DNA of 64,000 nucleotides from a virus. This document shows, piece by piece, positions 19,330-28,019 of this stretch (the first letter of the stretch is position 1; each line of letters opens with the position of its first letter). The stretch spans positions 1-64,000 of the IMG/VR virus record IMGVR_UViG_3300045988_095709, one strand, 5' to 3'. The position numbers and the translations under genes are program-made. The notes under the pieces are model-generated. The model searched no databases, was not told the origin of the DNA, and worked only from the letters and a program-made list of their open reading frames with translations.

Positions 19330-19501
19330 TTTGATAATGATTTAAAATGTTAATAAAAAAGAAAGAATATAAAATTGTAAAACTTTATCCGTCAAATTTT
19401 TATACAGACTTCGGACTGTTACATGGTTAATGTAGTATTTTAATAAAGTTTTATATGTAGAGACGATTTGATATCGTCCCTACATATGATAAGATGGTCT
19501 A

Positions 19502-19705
19502 TTACCATAAAGAACAAAACAATATGACAGCAATTATTAGTAAAATCAGCAACGTTAATAATAAACTCATTAGTATCACCGTCGGTATGAATAAATTAAC
19601 ACCGATATCTATTATTAATACGATTAGCCCTATTATCGCAATCATTGCGACTACCGATAGTAATACGAGTAATATTTTAATGTTTTTACTAATTGTAATC
19701 TTCAT
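19502..19705 (-). CDS. Small two-helix membrane protein
   Basis: Start taken at ATG 19705 (MKITISKNIKILLVLL...), 67 aa, very hydrophobic. Confidence 0.45.
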   Translation of the reverse strand: MKITISKNIKILLVLLSVVAMIAIIGLIVLIIDIGVNLFIPTVILMSLLLTLLILLIIAVILFCSLW

Positions 19706-19916
19706 CTGATTCCAAAAAATATCTTTCATAATCATTTTCCGATACAAAATAGCTATCTTTGTTTTCAACATTTGCTTTTTTATCCAACAAATCATATTCG
19801 TTGTCTGATAATATGCATATGTCTTCAGGATTTGCAGAATTAAAGTTTTTCAGTGTAACTTTTAGTTTATCACATTTTTTCTTTAATTCTTTGTGTCTCT
19901 TTTTTAACGTTTTCAT
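19689..19916 (-). CDS. Hypothetical protein
   Basis: 75 aa. Ends in tandem TAG-TAA. Confidence 0.5.
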   Translation of the reverse strand: MKTLKKRHKELKKKCDKLKVTLKNFNSANPEDICILSDNEYDLLDKKANVENKDSYFVSENDYERYFLESDEDYN

Positions 19917-20226
19917 TTTTGTTTTTATCTGTTTGTTTCATAATACGCTTGTATCTACGCAATTCGTTATATGCTTTTTCGTATCTAATTTTTGCATCGA
20001 TTATATCTATACACATTTTTATTAAATTGTAATATTTATTATCTACGTTTTTAAATAATAAATAATCTTTGTTACAATTTAATTTATAAGAAAAACCTAG
20101 AGATTTCTTAAATATTTCCGGTATTTCTTCTTCTATTGTGTATAGAATATCGTTTATAACGTACGAATCTTCATTCAGATTTTCAAGAGACGTTATTGAT
20201 CTTGGTAATTTTACTCGCATAATCAT
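19870..20226 (-). CDS. Hypothetical protein
   Basis: 118 aa ORF. Confidence 0.55.
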   Translation of the reverse strand: MIMRVKLPRSITSLENLNEDSYVINDILYTIEEEIPEIFKKSLGFSYKLNCNKDYLLFKNVDNKYYNLIKMCIDIIDAKIRYEKAYNELRRYKRIMKQTDKNKNENVKKETQRIKEKM

Positions 20227-20429
20227 TTCGATATTAGCAATTTACCCCTCCATCCTGGGAACAGATTTCTCAGTGTTTTTACTCTAAGAAGCGCATTTGT
20301 TCCATCCATGTTATCAAACAAGCAGAAAGCATTATTATCTTTTTTGATATATACTTTCCAGTTTTTTTCATTCCACTTTTTTGCTCTGTTTCTTTGTGGA
20401 ATTTGATTGTTTTTGGGAATTTTACTCAT
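20223..20429 (-). CDS. Hypothetical protein
   Basis: 68 aa, ATGA-type overlap with neighbours. Confidence 0.5.
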   Translation of the reverse strand: MSKIPKNNQIPQRNRAKKWNEKNWKVYIKKDNNAFCLFDNMDGTNALLRVKTLRNLFPGWRGKLLISK

Positions 20430-20608
20430 ACTGCATACACGTTATACGTTTTACATATGATAGCTTCGCATTCTTTTTTAGCTTTGCCTTTTAACTTTTT
20501 AAATAAGTTTGAACTTGATTTGGTTCTTGGTGTTAAGCTAACTAGGCCGTTATCGTAAATAGCCATCATCGACACTTTCCCGTCTTTTTTGAATTGTTGG
20601 ATTTCCAT
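20426..20608 (-). CDS. Hypothetical protein
   Basis: 60 aa ORF. Confidence 0.4.
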   Translation of the reverse strand: MEIQQFKKDGKVSMMAIYDNGLVSLTPRTKSSSNLFKKLKGKAKKECEAIICKTYNVYAV

Positions 20609-20873
20609 TTTCTAATTCTTTAATTTTTAAATACTGTTTGTACTGTTTATTTGTTCTTCGAGAGGTTCTAAGAATAAAATATTTATTATTCTCAGTGCGA
20701 TAAATGGGATGGTCAGTCCCATCAATTACATAAAAATATCCAGTTTGATATATTTTTACCTTTTTAGGTTTTTTATCAATCTGAATAAATTTGTTTTCTA
20801 CTTTTACGTAGTTTTGTGCACATACTGCTATTGATATAGTCAGTAATGCTACTGCAATTATTAATTTACGCAT
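20550..20873 (-). CDS. Hypothetical secreted protein
   Basis: 107 aa. Signal-like MRKLIIAVALLTISIAVCAQ. Confidence 0.5.
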   Translation of the reverse strand: MRKLIIAVALLTISIAVCAQNYVKVENKFIQIDKKPKKVKIYQTGYFYVIDGTDHPIYRTENNKYFILRTSRRTNKQYKQYLKIKELENGNPTIQKRRESVDDGYLR

Positions 20874-20944
20874 TTAATAGTATATTTCCGATTAAACCTA
20901 GAAGTATAACTATTACTACAAATATGCAGTAAAACCAATCCGAT

Positions 20945-21175
20945 TTATCCTTTGGTAAATTTTTCATAGTAATACTGCATCCGTTTAGAGTTTGACGTTA
21001 CATCTGTTATCCAGATTTCTGTCATGGTCCTGCTGATAAACTGTAAGAATTTATAAAACTTTTCATATCCTAATTTTTTAGTGTAAGTTTTATAATTCTT
21101 TCGAATGTTATCAACTTCATTTTGTGTGCAAGCTTTCATGTATGCTTGCGATGGTACTTCCTTTTTCTTTTTCAT
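20945..21175 (-). CDS. Hypothetical protein
   Basis: 76 aa ORF. Confidence 0.5.
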   Translation of the reverse strand: MKKKKEVPSQAYMKACTQNEVDNIRKNYKTYTKKLGYEKFYKFLQFISRTMTEIWITDVTSNSKRMQYYYEKFTKG

Positions 21176-21660
21176 ACTAAAATATTATATTCTTGTGTAT
21201 TGTTTTTATATTCCTGGTATATTATTTTATATTCCTGGTCAAGAATTTTTGGATATTTTTTGTTATCCTTTTTTGCACAATTCGCAAAGAAATCTAAGCT
21301 TTCTTTTACATAGTTTTTGAAATCTTTAAAATTTCCTGTGAACGCAACGAGCCATCCCGGTAATAATTCACATGTACAACAGTAACCGTTGTCTGTTTTT
21401 ACTGTTTGCATTATTATTTCAGGATATTTTACAGTTTTTTCGATAATTATATCGAAATCTTTTCCGTTGCTTGTACATTTTCCTTGTGAATCATAAAAAC
21501 ATACATGTGGAGTACCGTCTTTTTCTGTAATGATTGCTGCATATTCTGGTGACACTTTGTATAATTTTTTAATTTCATACTCTGGTCTCCTTATATGCAC
21601 TTTGCCATCTATTTTCTTTTTCAAGATAGCGTTTGCGAGGTTAAAATTGAAATTTTCCAT
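21172..21660 (-). CDS. Hypothetical protein
   Basis: 162 aa ORF. Confidence 0.6.
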   Translation of the reverse strand: MENFNFNLANAILKKKIDGKVHIRRPEYEIKKLYKVSPEYAAIITEKDGTPHVCFYDSQGKCTSNGKDFDIIIEKTVKYPEIIMQTVKTDNGYCCTCELLPGWLVAFTGNFKDFKNYVKESLDFFANCAKKDNKKYPKILDQEYKIIYQEYKNNTQEYNILV

Positions 21661-21909
21661 ACGCTAATTTGTTAAATTTGCATTTTACACCTAAACTTAT
21701 ATTGTCATCACCGATTAGATTTGTAACTAAACAATATTTACACATTTATTATTACGTTTATATCAGCGTAATAGCCGTGACAGCTTCTAATTTGACAATA
21801 TAAGAAAACTGGTGCCCTCAATGTCTTGGGATGTTATTGAGTTTTTGTTTTTGAGTCAATTAGGGTTGACTTCCACCACTGGCGAATTAGTAATAAATAA
21901 AAATATTCT

Positions 21910-22125
21910 CTACGTTTTACTTATTTCTCTCCATCTCACTTTCATTATTCCGTAACAATTCGGCAATGAATGTTTTAGAGCTATTTGTTTTTTACTCCAT
22001 ATTTTTTCACCTGTTGTTACTAATAATGGATTGTTTGGATCTTTGTATACGTCTACGTATCCAATTTTCCATTTTTTCTGTTCTTTTTTTACTCTTCCCA
22101 TTCTATTTTTACTGTAGCTACACAA
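21910..22125 (-). CDS. Hypothetical protein (ends at TAG)
   Basis: 71 aa. Readthrough would add 18 codons up to a TGA. Confidence 0.45.
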   Translation of the reverse strand: MCSYSKNRMGRVKKEQKKWKIGYVDVYKDPNNPLLVTTGEKIWSKKQIALKHSLPNCYGIMKVRWREISKT

Positions 22126-22481
22126 TTTCCACCTTTTCTTTCTAACGCTTCTTTTTCTGTAGAGTGTATTTTTCTATTTACTACCCTACATCCTTCTATC
22201 AAAGAGGTTTTATATATATTTACCCAACCTTCTTTTTTGATAGGAAGCATCATCAGATCGTCATCGGTTTCATATTCATCTTTTCTGATGAATCCGGTTT
22301 CTGTGTACATTCTTGCGAATTCTCCTTCTGTGTATGATACTGCTGCGACAATTTTATACATGTCGTTTTTTAAATCTGTACATAGAATTCGTACATTTTT
22401 TCCGCTACGCGTACATAATTTTCTATTTTCTTTGAGATATTGATTTAAATCGAATGGTAACAGTTTGCGTTTTTTCTCCAT
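22089..22481 (-). CDS. Hypothetical protein
   Basis: 130 aa ORF. Confidence 0.55.
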   Translation of the reverse strand: MEKKRKLLPFDLNQYLKENRKLCTRSGKNVRILCTDLKNDMYKIVAAVSYTEGEFARMYTETGFIRKDEYETDDDLMMLPIKKEGWVNIYKTSLIEGCRVVNRKIHSTEKEALERKGGNCVATVKIEWEE

Positions 22482-22507
22482 TTTACTTTAGTATTTTTAT
22501 AATTGAA

Positions 22508-22849
22508 TTAATTAAAATACATATCTCTTATTTTTTCGCACAAATCGTAGTATTTGAAATCCGTTCCGTAGTCGTACATATATTCTATGTATTTTCCGAA
22601 TTTTCCTTCAAACGCTCCGCGCCAATCTTTTTTGGTGATTAGTATTTTGTATGGCAAGAGGATCAATAATACTATTCCTGCTATTAAGAATGACAGGCTT
22701 AGTGTTATCTTTACGAACAGTTCAAACAAGAACACTATTGTTAAAGAAAGTGTCCCAATTAGAGTATTGATTACTCTGAAGATATTTTCCATAAGCTTTT
22801 TTATTAAGTTAAACAATATGTAATCACAAAGACGAGATTTTACTCGCAT
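22508..22849 (-). CDS. Hypothetical membrane protein
   Basis: 113 aa with central hydrophobic helices. Confidence 0.5.
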   Translation of the reverse strand: MRVKSRLCDYILFNLIKKLMENIFRVINTLIGTLSLTIVFLFELFVKITLSLSFLIAGIVLLILLPYKILITKKDWRGAFEGKFGKYIEYMYDYGTDFKYYDLCEKIRDMYFN

Positions 22850-23298
22850 CTCCTGGTTTTCGAATCTCTATTCGCCACTTCAGTTATGTTATTTATTTAC
22901 TTGAAGGTTAAATTATTATCAATGTTGTCAAGATCGTTTCATGGAAAAATAACACTTCGTTTTCAATAAATTATTACACCACTTTGTGTTTTTGTTTCAA
23001 AATTATGACGATATTATATAGTAAACTTTGGGAGTAAAAAACTATATAATATATCCAAATTTCACAATTTAGATACAACGATACATTTTACGTTGCCATT
23101 TTCTCTAGACTGTTTTCACAAATAGTCCTTTGATGAGTCGTACACATTAGTAAATCTAATTAAAAACTGCTAAAACATAAAACTAGATGATATGATAAAT
23201 ATACAATGTTTGTAATGCGGTCGTATTTCTTTTTGCAGTATACAGGGTTAGGGAGAAAACCACTCACCCGCAACATTGCGGATGAATGGTTTTAGTGG

Positions 23299-23955
23299 TT
23301 AGAATGGTACTTTATCTCCTTGGATTTCTCCATTGTTGGGGATTTCGTTGTCACTTGGGATTGTACCTCCTGTTGGGTTTTCCAAGTCCATTGGGTCGAT
23401 AGGACATCCTTCTGCTTGTGCGTCAGATAGCGAGTACGTATTTGCAATGATGCTTCTCGCTCTTGATTCTGGGTCCCAGTTGTAGATGTACTGACCGTTA
23501 CCGTCTCTTAACACAAATACAGTGAACGAATAAAACGGTTTTGCGAATTTTGAGTTCTTTGATTTAAGAACCCAATCGCCTTGACGATGTTCACCTAAAT
23601 CTGCCATGTATTTCATAAATACTGGCATTTTTAGTTCATATCGTTCGAATGCACCGTTTCGTAACAACGTTATGTCGTCGCCGTCCAAATCTCTTAGTTG
23701 CTTTTCAGCTTCTTTTTGATTGAAATTACGGTCGTCGATGTCCGCTGTTCCGTTATATGTCCTTTGTGGGAATACCGACCTGATGTCTTCAATTAGCGCA
23801 TCGGTTCCTGGACCTGGTAATAATACTATTGAACTGGCTGACATTCGGAATTCTGTATTCCTCACCGTTGCCTTAATGTAATATTTACCCTTGTTTGTTC
23901 CCTGAGTAATCTCTTTAATTTCGAAATTACTCATCCTGTAATCGTAGTACTGCAT
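23299..23955 (-). CDS. Hypothetical protein with SSB-tip-like C-terminus (GDKVPF)
   Basis: 218 aa and GC-richer. A nested stem-loop terminator candidate lies just downstream at about 23240-23297. Confidence 0.65.
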   Translation of the reverse strand: MQYYDYRMSNFEIKEITQGTNKGKYYIKATVRNTEFRMSASSIVLLPGPGTDALIEDIRSVFPQRTYNGTADIDDRNFNQKEAEKQLRDLDGDDITLLRNGAFERYELKMPVFMKYMADLGEHRQGDWVLKSKNSKFAKPFYSFTVFVLRDGNGQYIYNWDPESRARSIIANTYSLSDAQAEGCPIDPMDLENPTGGTIPSDNEIPNNGEIQGDKVPF

Positions 23956-24119
23956 AATTTTATATTTTTAGTTAATAATAATCTTATGGAGTTTGCACAA
24001 AGAGCTATATATTAATAGCTTTTGGTTTTGTGCTGTGTGCGATAAATCTATAATCCCTGAGATTTTGGATTATCACGGGTTTTTGAAAAAATTTCGATTA
24101 GCTTGCGAGTATCAAACGT

Positions 24120-24500
24120 AGTTGTTTTTAGGGTTGTTAGAGAAATTCCCCCGAATGACTTAGTGTGACCGAAATGGATTGGAGGATTAGGCTTTGTCAA
24201 ACGGGGGATGTAGTAACCTTCAGTAGTTTAAGCGAGCGTTGTGCATAGATATCATATGGAACTTAGCGGAAAGAGCAATGCTTGTCTACTGAAGGTTTTT
24301 GTAATCATCAAAAAATGCCAGTCTTCCAACTGGCTGTGTAGTGATACTTGATAGGATAAACACCAAGCGGAACTACCTTGAATCTACTGACCTCTCTTTT
24401 TTGTTACCACACGTTTCAGTATTCAATCTTCGTGTGCAATCCATATAACCGTACCTATGGCTACATTAGGTTTTTGGCTATACGAGCGTTTGAAAAACTA
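24120..24500 (-). ncRNA. Promoter-box-fronted ORF-less unit (candidate small RNA(s))
   Basis: Box at 24505-24522. No standard ORF of 60 aa or more. Minus-strand terminator GCCAGT-TGGAAG-ACTGGC plus T6 at 24310-24334. Perfect 12-bp inverted repeat AACCTTCAGTAG/CTACTGAAGGTT at 24215-24226 and 24286-24297. Confidence 0.35.
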
Positions 24501-24590
24501 TATGTTAGCTTGCGAGTATGAATTCTGTTGATATTAAGTGACGTGGTTGTATTTAAGTAGCGTGGTTGATTTGTAGAGGAGTGGTTGAAA

Positions 24591-24614
24591 GGAAGGGGAT
24601 TGGTTACCCCTTCC
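24591..24614 (-). terminator. Stem-loop after gene 24632..24877
   Basis: GGAAGGGG-8 nt-CCCCTTCC lies 18 nt past the stop. Confidence 0.55.
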
Positions 24615-24631
24615 AATTTAGTAAGGAGAAC

Positions 24632-24877
24632 TTAGTTATTCTCCTCTATTTTCTTCATGAGCTCCTTGTTCTTCAATGACATGTAATCACGCCACTGATC
24701 GGTTGCTCCGTAGGTGTCCATGAAATTCTCATCTTCTGAATATATCATGTTGATGAGGCTATCACGAACATCTATTTCTTGCTGATACTTTTCTGTCTCG
24801 TTTGCTCTATTTAACGAGACAACAATCATAGCTGCTGCTTGGGCTATTATCAATAAACCCATTACCAATGTTTTCAT
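24632..24877 (-). CDS. Small membrane-anchored protein
   Basis: 81 aa. N-terminal helix MKTLVMGLLIIAQAAAMIVVSL. Has its own promoter box. Confidence 0.6.
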   Translation of the reverse strand: MKTLVMGLLIIAQAAAMIVVSLNRANETEKYQQEIDVRDSLINMIYSEDENFMDTYGATDQWRDYMSLKNKELMKKIEENN

Positions 24878-24950
24878 AATTATAATATTTAATGATTACG
24901 ATTTATCTAAGATATTTACCATTTGCTTGCGAGTATCAAATAAAGCCCTT

Positions 24951-25256
24951 CTACTTAGAGAAAGGCTTTTCAAAGAATCCAATAACTTTTCCACCGTCTT
25001 GTATGAATTCTAACATACCTCTAACGGTCAATAATCCCTCGTTATTGTTGATAACTACATCGTTCATGTGTTTCAGTATATCGTACATTTCATACGATTT
25101 TACAGGACGATACTGATTGCTTGTATAAATTCGTACCCTATGTGCATACATATTTATAGCACATTGGTAGACTTCAATATCATCTCTTTTTTCTACTAGA
25201 TGTATTCGTTTTACACCTAGTTCTTTTACTGATTTTATTAATTCAACGTCTGTCAT
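24951..25256 (-). CDS. Hypothetical protein (ends at TAG)
   Basis: 101 aa with its own promoter box. Backup TGA lies 5 codons after the TAG. Confidence 0.6.
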   Translation of the reverse strand: MTDVELIKSVKELGVKRIHLVEKRDDIEVYQCAINMYAHRVRIYTSNQYRPVKSYEMYDILKHMNDVVINNNEGLLTVRGMLEFIQDGGKVIGFFEKPFSK

Positions 25257-25332
25257 AATATGTTTTAATGATTACGGTTTTTAGATGTGTTATATTTTTT
25301 GCTTGCAAGTATCAAATGACAGAAGTAAGAGA

Positions 25333-25524
25333 TTAAGAATCTCCCACCTCTATTTCATTTTCGAGTATAAAACCCGCGATCTTATACTCAAACAAATCCT
25401 GAACGTCTTCACCATCCATTGAGATTTCGTCAGGATTGTCAGACCATTGTGTACGAACTGTGTACACAATAGTTTCATTTTTAGGGTCTTTTACTTTCAC
25501 TACCCTTCTATATTTTGTCGTCAT
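25333..25524 (-). CDS. Hypothetical protein
   Basis: 63 aa with its own promoter box. Confidence 0.55.
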   Translation of the reverse strand: MTTKYRRVVKVKDPKNETIVYTVRTQWSDNPDEISMDGEDVQDLFEYKIAGFILENEIEVGDS

Positions 25525-25598
25525 AGTATATATATTTGATTACAGTTAGTAGTAGTAATTATGATTTGCTTTCAAGTATACAATAAAGGAAGACACGA

Positions 25599-25805
25599 CT
25601 ATTTAGCCGCATCTTCCTCTTTAGGTTCCTCAATCTCACGAGTTTTAAACTCGTAGAACACGCTAAGATATTTAGCATGACTGAGGATATACTCTTCTAC
25701 TTCTGGTGTGAAACACTCCTGTAAAGTGTTACACCAAGGACCGTAGGTCCTATATACCTTGTAACCTGCCTTCCTTATGCAGATTACTAATTGTACCTGT
25801 GTCAT
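25599..25805 (-). CDS. Hypothetical protein (ends at TAG)
   Basis: 68 aa with its own promoter box. Confidence 0.55.
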   Translation of the reverse strand: MTQVQLVICIRKAGYKVYRTYGPWCNTLQECFTPEVEEYILSHAKYLSVFYEFKTREIEEPKEEDAAK

Positions 25806-25903
25806 AATATGTATATTTGATGATTACGACCTGTTGTGTAACATTTTACTTTGCTTGCAAGTATAAAAAAAGTAGAGGAATAATCCCCTACCCTTTTGAT
25901 AAG

Positions 25904-26272
25904 TTAATACAGAGTGTAGTTGTTACTCTGTATTATTTCAATTTTGTAAGTAACATCGTCTATTGTAATACTGTTCGGCAAACATACAGGAGAAGTAATC
26001 TTTACGATTACTGTATTATTATCCCCCATCCTTATGTTCTTGACACCTGGAATTACAGTATCAAGATAATACCTTGCAGGCACACCGAGATGTTCACAGG
26101 CATGGTGTAAGTATTTACCACATCCTGAGAGAAGATTACGTATCGCCTCGTTGAGAGGACGATAACTATCTTCTACACATTTACTACACAGAGCGTTGTA
26201 TTCTGCATAAAGTGCGTTTATTTGTTCTTGAATAGCCTTACGCTCCTTGTTGAAATCTGTTACTTTAGTCAT
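25904..26272 (-). CDS. Hypothetical protein
   Basis: 122 aa with its own promoter box. Confidence 0.6.
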   Translation of the reverse strand: MTKVTDFNKERKAIQEQINALYAEYNALCSKCVEDSYRPLNEAIRNLLSGCGKYLHHACEHLGVPARYYLDTVIPGVKNIRMGDNNTVIVKITSPVCLPNSITIDDVTYKIEIIQSNNYTLY

Positions 26273-26459
26273 AATTTTTAATTTTAATGATTACGAATGA
26301 CTGCTCGCATATAAAATTCGCTTGCAAGTAAGAGGCGGGGGTAGTTGGTTGGTTGCGAGGTAGTGGGGAGGTATTTATAGGTAATCTCTTGTTTTCATAC
26401 ACACACAACAAAATCTCTCGTTTATGTATATATACAACAAAAAATAAAAAAATAAAAAA

Positions 26460-26492
26460 ATAGCGGAAAGACCATAAAGATCAATCCGCTAT
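26460..26492 (-). terminator. Rho-independent-type terminator after the thyX operon
   Basis: ATAGCGGA-17 nt-TCCGCTAT, followed on the minus strand by a long T-run (plus-strand A-run 26441-26459). Confidence 0.6.
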
Positions 26493-26562
26493 TGTGTACC
26501 AATTCTTACTAAATGTAATGATTATTGGCAAATTATGTTTAATACAAAAATCAAGAAATTCT

Positions 26563-27870
26563 TTATTCATTACTTATATATTTATGCAAACAATTATTTT
26601 CATCCTCTTTAGAAAACCCTTTTCTTATATACCACTGTTTGATAAACTCCTTTTTTGCAGGGCGTAGACACATATCTGTGATATTACCTATATTTTTTGC
26701 TAATGTTTCTGAAAAATCTATTAATAGATTACCTATACCATTTCTTCTAAACTCTTCATCTACATATAATCCATGAATTATTAATCTATTCTTATTTTCA
26801 TTTTCTATGGAATAAGAACATGTAGAAGTTCCTTCTTTATTTACTAACTGAAATGTTTTGCCCCAATCCCAATCATAAATCAAACACACATAACCGTAAG
26901 GAGCTAATTTTTTAATTTCTTTATCTTTATTCGTTTTGTTTGTTGTGACATCTTGTCTACTTTTAGATTTTATTGCAAATACATATCCTCTTTTTACAAA
27001 CTCTTCTCTCAATGCTGTAGCTATCTCTCTAGCTTGAGGATGTGCATGACTATCGCATCTTAAATCGAAGAAATGAGGCCAATATGAAGCAAAACCTGTC
27101 ATCACTAATGGAGAACATACAGAGAACGGAAGTACTTGTCTTGCTTGTTGTGATTTCCAGCCTGAGTTTAATAGATTGAAATAAGATTTTTCAGCCATAG
27201 CTAAGGATAATAAGAAGTATAATTCGCTTAATTCTTCATCTTTTGCCCAGTTTTTAAACCCTTTACCTTCTTTTATCAGTTTGTCACAATCGTGATGTCC
27301 TAACTGTTTTTCATCTACCCAATTTGGGAGAATATATTTGATTTCGTTATCAAATTTATCCTTAGAATAGTTACAATATCTTGTAGATTCTCTGGCGAAA
27401 CTAAATACACGATGTCTTAAGAAGCTTTCTCCTGTTACTCTATCTATAATCCACTTTACTGTGTATCTTTTTTCGTGAGATTCTGTAGGTTCACACCAAT
27501 ACTGAAGTATGTCCGGTATATATTCACCAGTAAAATTCTCTATAATTACTCTTAAATTAGTAGTAATATAGTTATGTACTCTATCTTCTAACTTTGTTAC
27601 AGTTACCTTAGAATAAGGATTTGAAGAAAAGAATGGAACTATGTTATAATCTGCTGCCGAATTAGGTACGTCTAAATAAACAGTACCGTGTTCTAACATA
27701 GCCCAATGACCAGAATTAATCATTCTATCTACAAACTCTTTAGCAGAATCTTCAGTTATTTTGTCTTCAGATTTGTAACATGTTCTACCAGCTAATTCTA
27801 TTTGTTTATACATCCCTTCTATTCCAGGCTGTTGTTCTAATATTTCAAACGTTTGTTTTATTAGTTTCAT
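26563..27870 (-). CDS. thyX: Flavin-dependent thymidylate synthase ThyX fused to a C-terminal GNAT-like acetyltransferase domain
   Basis: 435 aa. ThyX signature LRHRVFSFARESTRY (RHRxxS...S.RY). The last ~130 aa contain GNAT motif-A-like LYVDEEFRRNGIGNLLI. Confidence 0.7.
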   Translation of the reverse strand: MKLIKQTFEILEQQPGIEGMYKQIELAGRTCYKSEDKITEDSAKEFVDRMINSGHWAMLEHGTVYLDVPNSAADYNIVPFFSSNPYSKVTVTKLEDRVHNYITTNLRVIIENFTGEYIPDILQYWCEPTESHEKRYTVKWIIDRVTGESFLRHRVFSFARESTRYCNYSKDKFDNEIKYILPNWVDEKQLGHHDCDKLIKEGKGFKNWAKDEELSELYFLLSLAMAEKSYFNLLNSGWKSQQARQVLPFSVCSPLVMTGFASYWPHFFDLRCDSHAHPQAREIATALREEFVKRGYVFAIKSKSRQDVTTNKTNKDKEIKKLAPYGYVCLIYDWDWGKTFQLVNKEGTSTCSYSIENENKNRLIIHGLYVDEEFRRNGIGNLLIDFSETLAKNIGNITDMCLRPAKKEFIKQWYIRKGFSKEDENNCLHKYISNE

Positions 27871-27875
27871 AATAT

Positions 27876-28019
27876 TTAGTCTTTATCGTCAATACCTTCT
27901 CTGTTATAATCCCCGTTTTTATATCTTTTGTTCTCCATTCTTATCATTCTTTCGATAAGATCGATAAAATTATCATCTTTTAGATAATCAGATATTCTTT
28001 TAGTTCGTTTTTGAGTCAT
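27876..28019 (-). CDS. Small hypothetical protein (47 aa)
   Basis: Below the track cutoff. MTQKRTKRISDYLKDD... with ATG at 28019 and TAA at 27876-27878. Confidence 0.4.
   Translation of the reverse strand: MTQKRTKRISDYLKDDNFIDLIERMIRMENKRYKNGDYNREGIDDKD

Larger units (their letters stand above)
24098..26334 (-). promoter_or_regulatory. Seven copies of a promoter-like box, plus-strand TTGCTTGC(G/A)AGTAT(C)AAA
   Basis: Copies at 24098-24116, 24505-24522, 24922-24940, 25299-25316, 25565-25583, 25849-25868 and 26317-26334. Five sit 41-63 nt upstream of the ATG of consecutive small minus-strand genes. A second conserved box TAATGATTACG follows nearer each ATG. Confidence 0.6.

Noticed and set aside
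24220-24444. 74-codon minus-strand ORF obtained by reading through two TAGs
   Set aside because: Its composition (Arg/Ser/Cys-rich) is unlike any protein here. It runs through an intrinsic terminator hairpin. I treat the region as non-coding, but this is not excluded.
24098-26334. Repeated 19-nt boxes as a CRISPR array
   Set aside because: The spacing is 270-470 nt and each interval holds a gene. The repeats are imperfect and always sit at a fixed distance from an ATG.
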